The notes: generated from the sequence alone by a model not told the origin. Counted from the stretch's first letter, positions 53,311 to 64,000 are shown. The stretch is 64,000 bases of DNA from Epithemia pelagica (GCA_946965045.2 OX337232.1:3348001-3412000), one strand, 5' to 3'. Made by a program: numbers and translations.

Positions 53311-54403
53311 GGTTCCGTGGTTTATTTTCGAATTATTGTGAGTTCCAAGTTTCTTTGTTTGATTGAAACGTGTCCGACGCGAGAATTTCGCTGGAATAGT
53401 ACTGACGGTATTCGACAAGCGTGTTTGTGGACGAAGCAGATCAAACATTTCCCATACACACGAGTAAGCCCGCCTCTTCATCTGTCAATACCTGTCATTG
53501 TGGAGGATGCTTTCTGGACTCCCCAGGTCGCTTCAAAGTACCTCTACATGTCATGGCGGAGGATGCTTCTTGATACCGTCACTCGTTTCAAAACACCGTC
53601 GAGAGGTTTACAACTATGCCTCACCCACACCTTGGCACTGCGCAAAATTGATGAAAGCGTGATGATATCATGTGGAAGATTCTCTCGGTGAAGGACTTTC
53701 GCTCTTTTGTGGCTTATCGCTTTCCACACTTTGTGTCGATTCCGTAGTCCCCCGGCGTGTATTTCTTGTCGAAGACTCTTTACAAGATCAAAACATGTCG
53801 GAGTCACGCTCATTTAAAGCGCAAGCTTGCGCGCTGGCTGTTCACAAATTGAGAACAGCAAAATGAGACCTGTGAAGTTGAATGGTTCACAACAATGAGC
53901 TCTTTCTAATGAACTATAACAAAAGCCAGTCATCCTTCTTGTATCCTTCCCGAAACATACCAGTGACAAATGATGCTGGAAAATCCACAAAACATGACCA
54001 AACCAATGGTGAACCATGCAGCAGCCGTTCCTGTGGCCTACACGAGACAGGACCTACCCAGTTGGCCAAGATTTTGGATGTATCGGATGGACGATACAAC
54101 TTGAACCTCGACGAACTACAATGCCACTTGAGTCATGTCTGCCTCCTGCGATGTCACTAATCGGTGGTTATTATCATGGACTACAAGGATTCCAATTCAT
54201 GAGACCAAGAACACTTTTGCAACGAGGCAATACAGAAGAGAGACACTTTCTGTTTCAACTCTTGTCTCACCCGGTTCATCTGCGTCCCAATGGTTCCACA
54301 ATAATGGGAGGTGTTTGTTTTCAAACACGATACTGCGACCCAAGAAATGTCGGCTTTGATATTGTCGGTACGGGTCCAACTCAGAGGGCTGGTGGATGCC
54401 CTG

Positions 54404-55482
54404 TTACAAAGCATTCCCATGACCGTGATTGTTGTTGTTCATGGGCGGTGACAACAACGTTTCAATCAATTCGGGGATTTGCTCATTGTCAGAGACGGCA
54501 AAGGACAAGGCCACGAATCGCAATCCATCCAAGGGGAGAGACTGCAAATTCCAGACCAAGCGTGTGACCTGGTCCGCAGCACACAAACTGAGGCCGCGCA
54601 AACACCCACCCACCGCATCGCGACCTTGTTCCTGCTCTGGTAATGATTGCAATCGTTGCATAATTTGAAACAAGGTTTGAATGACCACCAAGTCCTCTTG
54701 CTGCTGGTCATTGTGATTGGGTTGTTCCAGGGGAGATACAAGCGCCAAAATGACATGAACCAAACGATCGATGGCTTCAACTCCTCCTTGTATGTACCGA
54801 GCTTGCAGTTGCCCCAGAAGTTGCGTCCATCCCACCTGGTGCGCGTCTTGATGCAATCGACTGACGATGTCTAACCATCGAGGTCGTCGGTGAGGAAGAG
54901 CCGCCTCGAGGGCCTGCAAGAACACGCCATGTTGGAACGACCGCACATGGGTCAAAAGCAGCACAAACACTTGTCGGAGAGTGTCCTCTTCTTGAGCAAT
55001 TTCATGGTGATTGTGATCGTCGGGGCGAAGGTCTTCACGATTAACAGGAAGCGATGCAATCAAGTCATGAATCCACGTGAGCTCTAGTTCCAGCAGCTCC
55101 TCGTCCTGATTATTGCGGATTTTGGTAGTCACCCATTGAACAAAGGTCATGCGTACGTCAACGGGCAATTCCTCCAGACACTCCACACAACGTTGCAAAG
55201 TCATCTCGGAACCAATGTCATCCAAGGCCGTTTCATCCGGCAATTCCAATCTTTGACACAAGGCTCGACGCAGTTCTAGGTCATTGTTTATTTCCTCCTC
55301 TAGTTCCGACAATAAGAGCATTTGCACTTCTGCATTGTCGTTGTCGTCCTTTCCATCCCCATTAACTGGAACACGTTGCGGAGTCTTTGATTTACACCAG
55401 CAGCAGCCCACTTGGTATCCCAAGTATAAACCAATAAGGCCACCCCCGCTATCAGTAAAATTGGGACCCAAGGTACCCCCAT
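54404..55482 (-). CDS. Unknown helical family, long type, copy B1; probable 1-bp indel in the C-run at about 55445
   Basis: MGVPWVPILLIAG continues as GLIGLYLGYQV in another frame, matching B2 AGTAAYIGYKV. Shares RRALCQ.LELP..TAL.DIGSE and the C-terminal module with A1, A2 and B2. Confidence 0.65.
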
Positions 55483-56072
55483 TTTCGTGCTTTGGTATTT
55501 GGCAGTATTCGTTGGGTGGGTGCCACAAGCGAGAGACTGTGTGTTGGAACTGGTTTGTTGGATTCCTCACTTTCGCACACGAAAGATTGAAACAGGGTGT
55601 TTTTTCTTCGTTGGTTGTGCAGCGTCTCGATCCGAAACGACAGTTCAATTTTCACTCCAAAGTCTCAGTTGGTTGGGTGCTCTTCTTTTATTTCTGGCTC
55701 TCGTTTGGTGGGGCTTTGGTTCACCGCCTTCATGCTGGTACAGATAGGTACTCGCCAGGCAGAATACCCGTGGTCCGTTCTTCTCCAGGGACGCCATGTG
55801 TACGCCTCCTATTCTAATTGGTTGTTTCTTTTGATCATCATCATGTACTACTAGGATTTTCTCCAGTTTCTATGGCCGTTCGATGGAACGTGGCAAATAG
55901 AGACAACTTTAGTTTGATCCGTTGTTGCAAGTGTCTCACCTGGTTCCGCATCCAACGTCAGACGCTGACCACCACACGAAAGGACGAGGATCTATTGCTA
56001 CTAAAGGGGGTCTGCGGTGCATTGTGGTCCCCATCCAAAAGGGTTTCATCGCGCACACAACCATATGTTTGG

Positions 56073-57419
56073 TTACAACCAAATACCACTCTGTCCGCTA
56101 GTGTTGTTGTTGTTCGTGTTGTCGTTGGGCGGCCGTGACTGTAACAACGTGTCAATCAATTCTGAAATTTGATCATTGTCAAAGACGGCAAAGGACAAGG
56201 CCACGGATCGCAAGCGATCGGTCGACAGCGAGTGCAATTTCCACACCAAGCGCGTGGCTTGGTCCGGTGCTCCACTACACAAGCCAACGCCTCGCACACA
56301 TCCTCCCACGGCATCGTGACCGGGCCGGGACCAGGAGGACAGGACCGAATCCGCGTCTTCATTGTCGTCGAAATGATCCATTTGTGGTGATTGCGGTTCC
56401 AATCGTTGGAGAACATGAAACAAGGTTGGAATGACCACCAAAAACTCTTCTTGATTTGGATTGCTTGGTTCTTGGGGGACCAGAGCCAAAATCGCTTGGA
56501 CCAACTGATAGAGGGCCGCCGTTCCTTGTGTCGTATACCGCCGTTGCAATTGCTCCAAGAGCAGCGTCCATCCAGGATTGGTTGTAGCGACAGTGGTAGT
56601 AGGACAATCGTCCTCCTGCGTATCCTCTTCCCAAGTGTGTCCCTGACGTTCCGTGGCGGCATCGTGTCCGTCTTGAAACGGTGACTCCGTGTCAGTGTCT
56701 TCTTGTTCATCTTGCTGCGGCTGGTGCGTGTCTTGATGCAACCACAAGTGATACAGGAGATTCAACCACCGCGGTCGGTCCGGACAAACTTCGAGTGCTT
56801 GCAAAAACACATCTTGTTGCAACGATGGTACTTGAGTCAAGAGCAAGACCAACACTTGCCTCGAATTGTCGTCGTCTTCATGAGTCATTTCCTTATTCGA
56901 ATGGTAATTCTCCTCCCCTTCTTCCGAGCAACTACGACGAACGGGAAGCGACACAATCAAGGAATGGAGTAAGAGGAGTTGTTGTTCCAGCCGTTCCAAC
57001 TGTTGTTGCTGTTCCGTACTACGACTGCAGCGACTTTGGTTTGTCACAACCCATTGTACAAAGGCCATGCGAACCGCCACAGGCAATTCGGCCAGACACT
57101 CCAAACAGGCTTGCAACATCGACTCGGAGCCAATGTCATTCAACGCGGTGTCCTGTGGCAATTCCAAGGACTGACACAGGGCTCGACGCCAGTCACTGTC
57201 TTTCGCATCGTCAGTTGATTCGTTCTCTTGCTGCTGTGACAATAGCAAGCTCAGTTGCAAGGCCTCTTGCAATTCGGCATCCTCCTCGTCGCTATTTGTA
57301 GAGACTCGAACGCGTTGTTGCTGCTGCACGTGTTCCCACACCTTGTATCCAATATAGGCGGCCGTTCCGGCCATGGCCACACTGGGCATGGCCACACGAA
57401 GGACCCACGGAGAAACCAT
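56073..57419 (-). CDS. Unknown helical family, long type, copy B2, with a ubiquitin-interacting-motif-like segment
   Basis: Intact 448-aa ORF, ATG at 57419. TM-like VAMAGTAAYIGYKVW; DEEDAELQEALQLSLLL; shared C-terminal module. Confidence 0.75.
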   Translation of the reverse strand: MVSPWVLRVAMPSVAMAGTAAYIGYKVWEHVQQQQRVRVSTNSDEEDAELQEALQLSLLLSQQQENESTDDAKDSDWRRALCQSLELPQDTALNDIGSESMLQACLECLAELPVAVRMAFVQWVVTNQSRCSRSTEQQQQLERLEQQLLLLHSLIVSLPVRRSCSEEGEENYHSNKEMTHEDDDNSRQVLVLLLTQVPSLQQDVFLQALEVCPDRPRWLNLLYHLWLHQDTHQPQQDEQEDTDTESPFQDGHDAATERQGHTWEEDTQEDDCPTTTVATTNPGWTLLLEQLQRRYTTQGTAALYQLVQAILALVPQEPSNPNQEEFLVVIPTLFHVLQRLEPQSPQMDHFDDNEDADSVLSSWSRPGHDAVGGCVRGVGLCSGAPDQATRLVWKLHSLSTDRLRSVALSFAVFDNDQISELIDTLLQSRPPNDNTNNNNTSGQSGIWL

Positions 57420-57794
57420 CGTGTTATGTGTTGGGTTTTACTTTTTATACGGATAGATCGATTTGGTGTGTTGTGTGGCAAGGGCAAAAACACCAAGCAG
57501 ACTTTCTTCGTTGTTGGTTTAAGATCCACACAACGCCACTTATTCCTCGCTAGAAACCCTCGGACGACGATGCTTGAATCTTCTCTCGATAGTATTCGAT
57601 TCGGCGGCGATCCACTCAACTCTCTCTCTCAAGACGTTCTCGAGGAGACTGAACAAAAAACGCCCCTTTTTGATGTCTAAGTCTGGGGGTGACCCCTTAT
57701 AATTTTATCCTTACCTTCCTCAACACAACGATTCCTTTCTTCATTCATTGCTTCTCAACCTACACCAAAGGCGAGTGAAGCATCATATCAAACT

Positions 57795-60132
57795 ATGAGT
57801 ACGGAAGAAGAGGAGCATTTGTTTGAGACGCTGGCTGCAAAGGCGGGATTACGACTTCTCTACGTGAATTCGTTGACAGAGTTGGACGAGGCCTGTGAGG
57901 CGCTGGGTGTCACTGATTTACGGCAAAAGTTTCTTCTGGGTGCTTACATTGCGAAACTTCGCACAGCTGCAGCGAAAAGCGAGGCCTCACCAAAAGTAAG
58001 TTTAAATTTATGAGTGTTTATATATGATATATATTCGATTTTGACATTCTATTGGTCAATTTCACCAATGGGCCGTCTGGTCTGGATCTCCCAAACTACT
58101 GCAGGAACAGCCATCAATTGCGAATGACAGCATCAAGCAATAAGTCAACAAATGGAATCACTCACTTCACATTTTTGAATGTACCACGCCCCTTGACGGA
58201 AAACACTGATTCGATTGATGGAATATCGAAGGATGCCAAAAGGAGACGGAGAGGCAATGACATGTCCGATGTGGATAAAAAGCGGATGAAACAAGCGTAT
58301 CGGAATAAAGTTTGTGAGTGGAGAAGCGTCGGTTCATTGATGGAGGCACAGCCAGGGGACTTTCCGTTGGACTCGAGGATTACTTTTAGCCACACCGAGG
58401 ACAGGAACCATAAAGGGGCAGAGACACGATCAATTGGCAGTTTCAAACTATTGAGTCCCAATGCTCAGGAATTGGAGAAGGAAAATTGCTTTGATTATTG
58501 GGCATTCTCGTTGGCTCTTATCACCCATTTCTGGGAATGCGGAAGAGTCGAGCCAGTCAAAATGAGCAAACCTTACCAAAGTGAGGCAGACATTTGCAAT
58601 TTCACCCGGATGGCCGTTGTTGACGCCATTAAAATACTCGAATTGGAAAAGGTTTTCGCAAAAGGCGAGCTTTGCATTCATTATGAACGGAGCCTTTTCG
58701 GATGCAGCCCTGACATGATGATAGTCCGTGGCCGGGACAACGTCGGGTTGATTGCTATCCAGGTCAAGCAACCGGCGGAAAAACCATTGAGAAGTTATCC
58801 GAGGGGCGTAGGCCATGCGTTTGATCATGCCATGGCAATGAAAGCTTTCAACGTCGCAACCGATATTGTGTTGGTAACGTCCTTTGAGGAGTCTTTTCTA
58901 GGCTCTGTCAAGAGGGAAGATTTGACTCGATCTGTCAAGAACGGCAACGGGGCAATGGAACCTGATCATGGCTCGAGTTTACAGAAAACGACAAGGAGAT
59001 TTCATTTCGGGCGGAGACTGTGACTGCCACGCTGATGTCAGAGTCACATTCTGCGCCCGAAATGAAATCTTCTTGGGTTTCACGCACAGTCACAAAGGCT
59101 TCTGACTCGGTCCCTGATTCCGGCTCTGATTGTCAGACTCTCTCACTCTCTAATCTAAAAGGCAAGTGTGCCGATCAATCGGGATTCACAAAGAACGCAT
59201 CTGGGCGAGTACTCTACGTTTCTGAAAAGGATTACAAGGCTCACGAGCTGGTGAAGCTTGTTTACACTGCTCTAAAAATGTCAAAGCAAGCCTACAGAGC
59301 CTTCCAGAAGCAGACCTATCAACTCAATGATGGTGCCACGTACTTGTTCTCTAGAGTACTTCAAGTATCTGACAATACAAATGAGTGGGAGTGGGGTACC
59401 TTGGAGGCGACAATCGGCAAGTCTATCAAAGAGCAAGGAAGAAAGTCGACTCTTGGTCGTACTGCAGACGGGAGTACCGGAACATCTCGTCAAGGGACTT
59501 TTTACATAGTTGGAAGACTCGGTCAGGGTAGCACTTCCAATGTTTTCTAGGCGCTTGATCACTCGGGAAATCTCGTTGCCATGAAAGTCTTTGTGAAAAA
59601 TGAAGATGGCGGTAAAGTTTTGAAGAAGGAGGACTTCGACGAGAAAGCACTAACAGCATGTACGCAAGAGAAGGACAATTTGTTAAAGTGCTACGAATTT
59701 TTGAATGGAAAAGTTCATGTCGTCCAGAACTGTGGTCTCTATGCGGTGGTCATGCCGATTTTCAAACCTATATTCCAAGGTGACCGTGACAACAAATTGA
59801 AGAACGTCGAAGCTGCTTTGAAGAACATGAAGGAGAAGACTGGCAAACTATACGAGCGCTGCGATGTTCGTTGGCGCCATGTGGGAACGTTCAACGAACA
59901 GGTAATTTTGTTTGATCTAGCCGACTTGGTCGATCACAATGATCAAGCTTGTGATTTGGATTGGAGCGTAACGTCCGACGATGAATCAAAAGAAGAAGAT
60001 AACAAGAAAGAGCCGGGGGAGGATCCTGTTCTGAAAGAGTATATGAAAATTTTCAAGCGACACTGTGGAAACGACGACGGCTGCTCTACCGCGCCATCAT
60101 ATTTTGGCGACGTCTTTCAGAAGAATAGCTAA
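57795..60132 (+). pseudogene. Crinkler/RHS-effector-like gene: SAM-like header, restriction-endonuclease-fold domain, kinase-like domain
   Basis: Exon 1 LTELDEACEALGVTDLRQKFLLGAYIAKL ends at a GTAAGT donor (57996). YQSEADI...SPDMMIV...IAIQVKQP (PD-(D/E/Q)xK). GRLGQGSTSNVF*ALDHSGNLVAMKVF, DVRWRHV, LFDL. In-frame TAG at 59548 and a frameshift at about 59000. Confidence 0.65.
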
Positions 60133-60439
60133 GCCACCCAATACACTTTACTCGACATTCATGAGCAAGGTGGAGGCTTTTTTGGAACTTGCAAGTCGAC
60201 GAACAAAGAAACCAAGAGAAGATGTGTGTGGTTCAAAATTCAAGAACGTGGGATTCATTTGTGGTTTGTGGATCTACACGGTGGCCATTCCCTGTCCATT
60301 TTTGAGTATTAAAAATAGACATGTGTGTAGAAAGGTAGTAGACACTGTTGCGATAAAAAGTCTTTGTGAACCATGATGATGGCACAAGTTTGGAAGCCGA
60401 ATGAGAATTCGAAACGAACGCCCTTCTTCCGAACGATTA

Positions 60440-60861
60440 CGACGAATGGGAAGCGACACAATCTAGGAATGGAGTACTAGGAGCTGTTGTTCCACGTGTT
60501 GTTGGTTCTGTTCCGTACTACGACTGCTACGACTTTTTGCATATTCGTCAGGACACAACCCATTGCTGGACAAAGGCCCTGCGGACCGCGCCACGGGCAA
60601 TTCGGCCAGACACTCCACACAGGCTTGCCACACATGGACTCGGAGCCACTGTCATGCAAGGCGGTGTCATTCGGCAATTCCAACAAGTGACAACACTGGG
60701 CTCGACGCCATTCATCGTCGTCGTCGTCGTCATGATTCTGGTGGTCGTCCGTCAGTGGTTGTTGGAGACTCGAGGAACGCGTTGTTGCTGCGGCACGTGT
60801 TCCCACACCTTGTAGCCAATAGAGGCTGCCGTCCCAGCCACGGCCACAAGGGGGAACCCAT
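60440..60861 (-). pseudogene. Unknown helical family, copy B3: 5' fragment of a B2-like gene plus duplicated upstream region (to about 61070)
   Basis: GAAGCGACACAATC.AGGAATGGAGTA, GGCAATTCGGCCAGACACTCCA and AGATCCACACAACGCCACTTATTCCTC are shared with about 56940-57630. Frameshifts and a stop; truncated at about 60440. Confidence 0.8.
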
Positions 60862-61464
60862 AGTGTGGTTGTTGTTGTGTTTTATGTTTCTACGGATCGA
60901 TCGATTCGGAGTGTTGTGTGGCAACGGCCAAACAACCACGCAGACTTTGTTCGTTTGTGGTTTAAGATCCACACAACGCCACTTATTCCTCTCCCGAAAC
61001 ACTCGGACGACGAGATGCATTGAATCTCGTCTCGGCAGTATTCGATTCGGCTCAACTCTCTCTCTCTCACACACATGTCAAGAATATATAGAACACCCAT
61101 CAAAAGTCTCTTGCGGAGAGGTGTGTGGCTCAACGCCGTCTACTGACTTCCTGACTGACAGACTGACTGTTTCTGCGCGACTCATTGCGTTGTCCGTCCC
61201 GAAACGGACATCTGTCTGTCCAGCAGCGTGACGCGTGCGGATTCGATCCCTCACCCTCCTGTAGTTGTGAATAAATCCCGCCAACAGGTCGCATATTGGC
61301 GGATACATGGTCGCATATTGGCGAATATGCATCGCCTACATATGCTGCTACGCATCTAGTTTTCTAGTCATAATTTTTGATCTAGCCACTTGTTGCACGC
61401 CGTATACACCGTGTTGTAGCGTGTAGTGGCAGGATTTATACAGTTTATCAGACCCATCATCGCA

Positions 61465-61538
61465 GAGCCGCAGTGGTCTACCTGGTAAACGTTTCCTGTT
61501 GGCTCGTGGTGCCAGGGGTTCGAATCCCCTTAGACTCA
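61465..61538 (+). ncRNA. tRNA-like Pol III cassette (degenerate tRNA or SINE head)
   Basis: A-box TGGTCTACCTGG (61474) and B-box GGTTCGAATCC (61517). Perfect T-arm AGGGG/CCCCT, but the acceptor and anticodon stems pair poorly. Confidence 0.55.
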
Positions 61539-62204
61539 GCTTTAAGTTAAGACGCCCAATTTCTGGGGGCCGCCATATTTGGGGTGTATGGTACAAGACG
61601 TTTCCCCGCTGGTTAAAAGTGCATGTTCTTCTCAAGGGTGGCCGATCAACCCCGGTCGACTGGGGTTCACCGCCTTGTACATACGCTATATGCCAATGCA
61701 CGGGGGAACTAATATGTTTTTTTGTCTAACTCACCAACTATGCTAGCTAAGCTATGCATCATGTGAAACTCCTTGGAGTCTTGCTCTCTGCCTTTTGCCC
61801 GTACTGGCAGCGGCTGATCACCGCTTGGGAGTGTTCGCGCTAAGCTACTCGTCACGGTATGCTTGCGGCACTACTTATAGTTCACACTCGTGATGTGTGA
61901 CCCATGGCACTCTCCCACGTGACGGGGAGCACTCGCTTAAGTGAGCGATTGTTTGGTAATCTTTTCTCCATACATGAAAATATAGATACCTCCTTTTGCA
62001 CTGTGCCGACGCACACGTCCTAAGTATTTGTTCTCTGCAGACTGCAGCGCAAACGCAAGTCGACACTACTTGTGCACCTTAATTCCAGGTAGAATCGCGA
62101 AATCTGCGATCTGCATCACCTTTTGGCAATGCCTCCACACTTCTGTGTTTTTTGCCTGTGTTTTGCTCTGAACCTCTCCTGCTTCTGGCTCTCTTGCTTT
62201 CCTT

Positions 62205-63755
62205 TTGCCTTCCACCATGTCTTCATCCACTGCCCCTGAAAATCCTAAGGAAGATTTCAAGGCTGCCGTTAAACGCTGTGGATACAATGATGCCACCGTT
62301 ATCTACATCATTGAGCAGGGTTTTGATGATGCTCAATCGTTCATGACTGTTGCGGTCCATCAAGTGCCGTCGATGTTGAAGATGATGGCGAAGACCCCTC
62401 CAGAGAACGGGGCCTTTCCCTTCAGTGCTAACCTGCAGCTCCACGGTTTCCGAATGTGGCTCGAATACCGTTCGTCTCGTGGTCAGGCTCTTAAAGTCTC
62501 ACTTTTCTCTGATCCGCCCCTGATCAAGAAATGGACTAAACGTACCCAGGAACTGTTTGCACTCAACAAGGAAGTTGCCTCCGATGAACTGACCCCACCG
62601 AAAGAGTTGACTTCGTTTACTCAGTGGGAGGTGTTTAACGATGCCTTGCTCACGTTCCTCGCACAGCATCGCAATCCCACAACGGGTGTCCCTTTGACAT
62701 ACGTCCTTCGTGAAACTAAGCCTGTTGGTTCTGAAGCAAGGAATGCTGCCTACGATACTATTGATGACGATTTGATTGCTACTACTATCCTGCAAGGTGA
62801 TCAGTATGCCCTTGACAATCAACGCGTCTTCACACTGATGAAACCTTTTCTTGTTGGCGGACCTGGCCTGACGTTCATCAAGCCACACCAGAAGAAGAAG
62901 GACGGCCGTGAAGCGTATCTTGCGTTGACTCGCCAAGCTACTGGAACAGCAGCTGTCACCATCCGCAAGAAAGAAGCATACGCTGCTATTGCCGACGCGA
63001 AGTTTACAGGCCGCGGTCGTTTCTCGTATCAACAATATGTTCACCGCCATCAGAAAGCTCATAATACGTTGGCTGAACTTGATGAACCCGTTGCCGAAAC
63101 CAAAAAGGTAACCGATTTCCTCAAAGGTATATCGGATCCCTCTTTGGCGGCGGGAAAGACGGTCGTCAACGGTGACGCAGCAAAGCTTTCTGATTTTGAA
63201 GCATGCCAGCAGTATTTTGGCACGTTGATTGCTGCATCCCGTACCGACAAGACCAATGACGAGAATCGAAAGATTGCTGGTGTGGGTACGACTAAGACTA
63301 GTGGAAAGAAGAATGGTCGTAACAAGCAGAATAAAAAGAAGACGCGTCATTACAGTTTGGATGAATGGCGCAAGCTCTCTGATGAAGAGAAGGCCGAAAT
63401 CCTCCGTGCCCGTAAAGAACAGAAAGACGCTAATGGAAAGCGCAAGGCCGGAGCCGTGCGCACTGAAGATGAAAATGGCTCTCGCAAGTTGAGTAAAACT
63501 GAAACTCCAAAGTCTGATGACATGAAATTGGAGACCATTGACCTGGATGGCGACGACGCGCCGAACCATTCCGAGCCTGATCCTCCTGTTGCTGATGAAC
63601 CGACTGTTCCCAAAACCTCAGCCGGAAACAGTTTCGGACGCTTTGCCCATAGTAAAAAAGGATCTACAAAGCCGCACAACCCTGATGAAACCAAGGAGCC
63701 TACAACTGCCGTTGCGAAAGCTGCCCTTGCTGATAAGGCCACAAAGCAGACCTGA
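62205..63755 (+). CDS. Gag-like protein of a Ty1/copia (CoDi-type) LTR retrotransposon
   Basis: HRNPTTGVPLTYVLRE, DNQRVFTLMK, KKDGREAYLAL, FSYQQYVHRHQKAHNTL, KKVTDFLKGISDPSL; basic C-terminal region. Confidence 0.85.
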   Translation: MPSTMSSSTAPENPKEDFKAAVKRCGYNDATVIYIIEQGFDDAQSFMTVAVHQVPSMLKMMAKTPPENGAFPFSANLQLHGFRMWLEYRSSRGQALKVSLFSDPPLIKKWTKRTQELFALNKEVASDELTPPKELTSFTQWEVFNDALLTFLAQHRNPTTGVPLTYVLRETKPVGSEARNAAYDTIDDDLIATTILQGDQYALDNQRVFTLMKPFLVGGPGLTFIKPHQKKKDGREAYLALTRQATGTAAVTIRKKEAYAAIADAKFTGRGRFSYQQYVHRHQKAHNTLAELDEPVAETKKVTDFLKGISDPSLAAGKTVVNGDAAKLSDFEACQQYFGTLIAASRTDKTNDENRKIAGVGTTKTSGKKNGRNKQNKKKTRHYSLDEWRKLSDEEKAEILRARKEQKDANGKRKAGAVRTEDENGSRKLSKTETPKSDDMKLETIDLDGDDAPNHSEPDPPVADEPTVPKTSAGNSFGRFAHSKKGSTKPHNPDETKEPTTAVAKAALADKATKQT

Positions 63756-64000
63756 GGCTGTGTGCCCAGTGATGAAATTGATAAAACGAATCTTATCCGT
63801 CCACATTTCTCACTTGTAGGCACCCCTACCTTCAGCTTAGCCTTTGCACACCGTTTATGTGCTGCCGTATCACAGTCCCATGCCACTGATCCGATTGATC
63901 TGACATGTGAAATGGACTCGCATGCTGACACTTGTTGTGTTGGTCGCAACTTTGTAAAATTCAGGGAACCTGACCGTTACATCACTGTTTCCCCATTCTC
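63756..64000 (+). CDS. Start of copia pol (aspartic-protease-like region), truncated by the window end
   Basis: CEMDSHADTCCVG at 63906-63944, in frame with gag and with no stop between the gag TGA and the window end. Confidence 0.8.

Larger units (their letters stand above)
62100..64000 (+). mobile_element. Ty1/copia (CoDi-like) LTR retrotransposon, 5' part; LTR boundaries not resolved
   Basis: Gag followed by the DSHADT protease motif; the second LTR lies outside the window. Confidence 0.8.

Noticed and set aside
53500-54380. Possible decayed gene between family copies A2 and B1
   Set aside because: Only fragmentary ORFs, with no similarity to the family or to a domain I recognise.
61465-61538. 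Functional tRNA gene
   Set aside because: The acceptor stem pairs only about 4/7 and no clean anticodon arm forms; kept only as tRNA-like.
61280-62200. 5' LTR and primer-binding site of the copia element
   Set aside because: The second LTR is outside the window and there is no convincing TGG-type PBS; a 14-bp direct repeat (GTCGCATATTGGCG) alone does not define a boundary.
62499-63949. Minus-strand ORFs of 356 and 199 aa over the copia gag
   Set aside because: Codon-aligned antisense shadows of gag/pol.

Overview
Eukaryotic nuclear DNA, most likely a pennate diatom. This is an inference from GT-AG introns, a DUF6824-type protein, a family-C GPCR, a CoDi-type copia gag, an Ambal-like LINE and RXL motifs. 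About a third of the window is transposable element. The TEs are: a DUF6729/MULE-like transposase (70-3603); a complete Ngaro-type tyrosine-recombinase retrotransposon with matching split direct repeats (8894-16992); a 5'-truncated RT-RNaseH LINE inserted in the left TIR of a TA-flanked mariner/Stowaway-like MITE (24765-29218); a foldback-like structure (22635-23277); a tRNA-like Pol III cassette (61465); and the 5' part of a copia element. In both the Ngaro and the copia element, gag and pol are in the same frame and separated by a single TGA, suggesting stop-codon readthrough. Host genes are a scramblase (plus a truncated duplicate), an ABCG-like transporter, a DUF6824 protein, an eEF2K-like alpha-kinase lacking the canonical Zn ligands and carrying a Tudor-like insert, a GABA-B-like GPCR pseudogene, an RXL-processed putative membrane protein, a MORN protein (with two scattered decayed fragments) and a Kelch gene. 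From 49 to 61 kb there is a five-copy tandem array of an unrecognised membrane-anchored helical protein family, with a Crinkler-like REase-kinase pseudogene embedded in it. All domain calls come from reading motifs by eye; no database searches were run.
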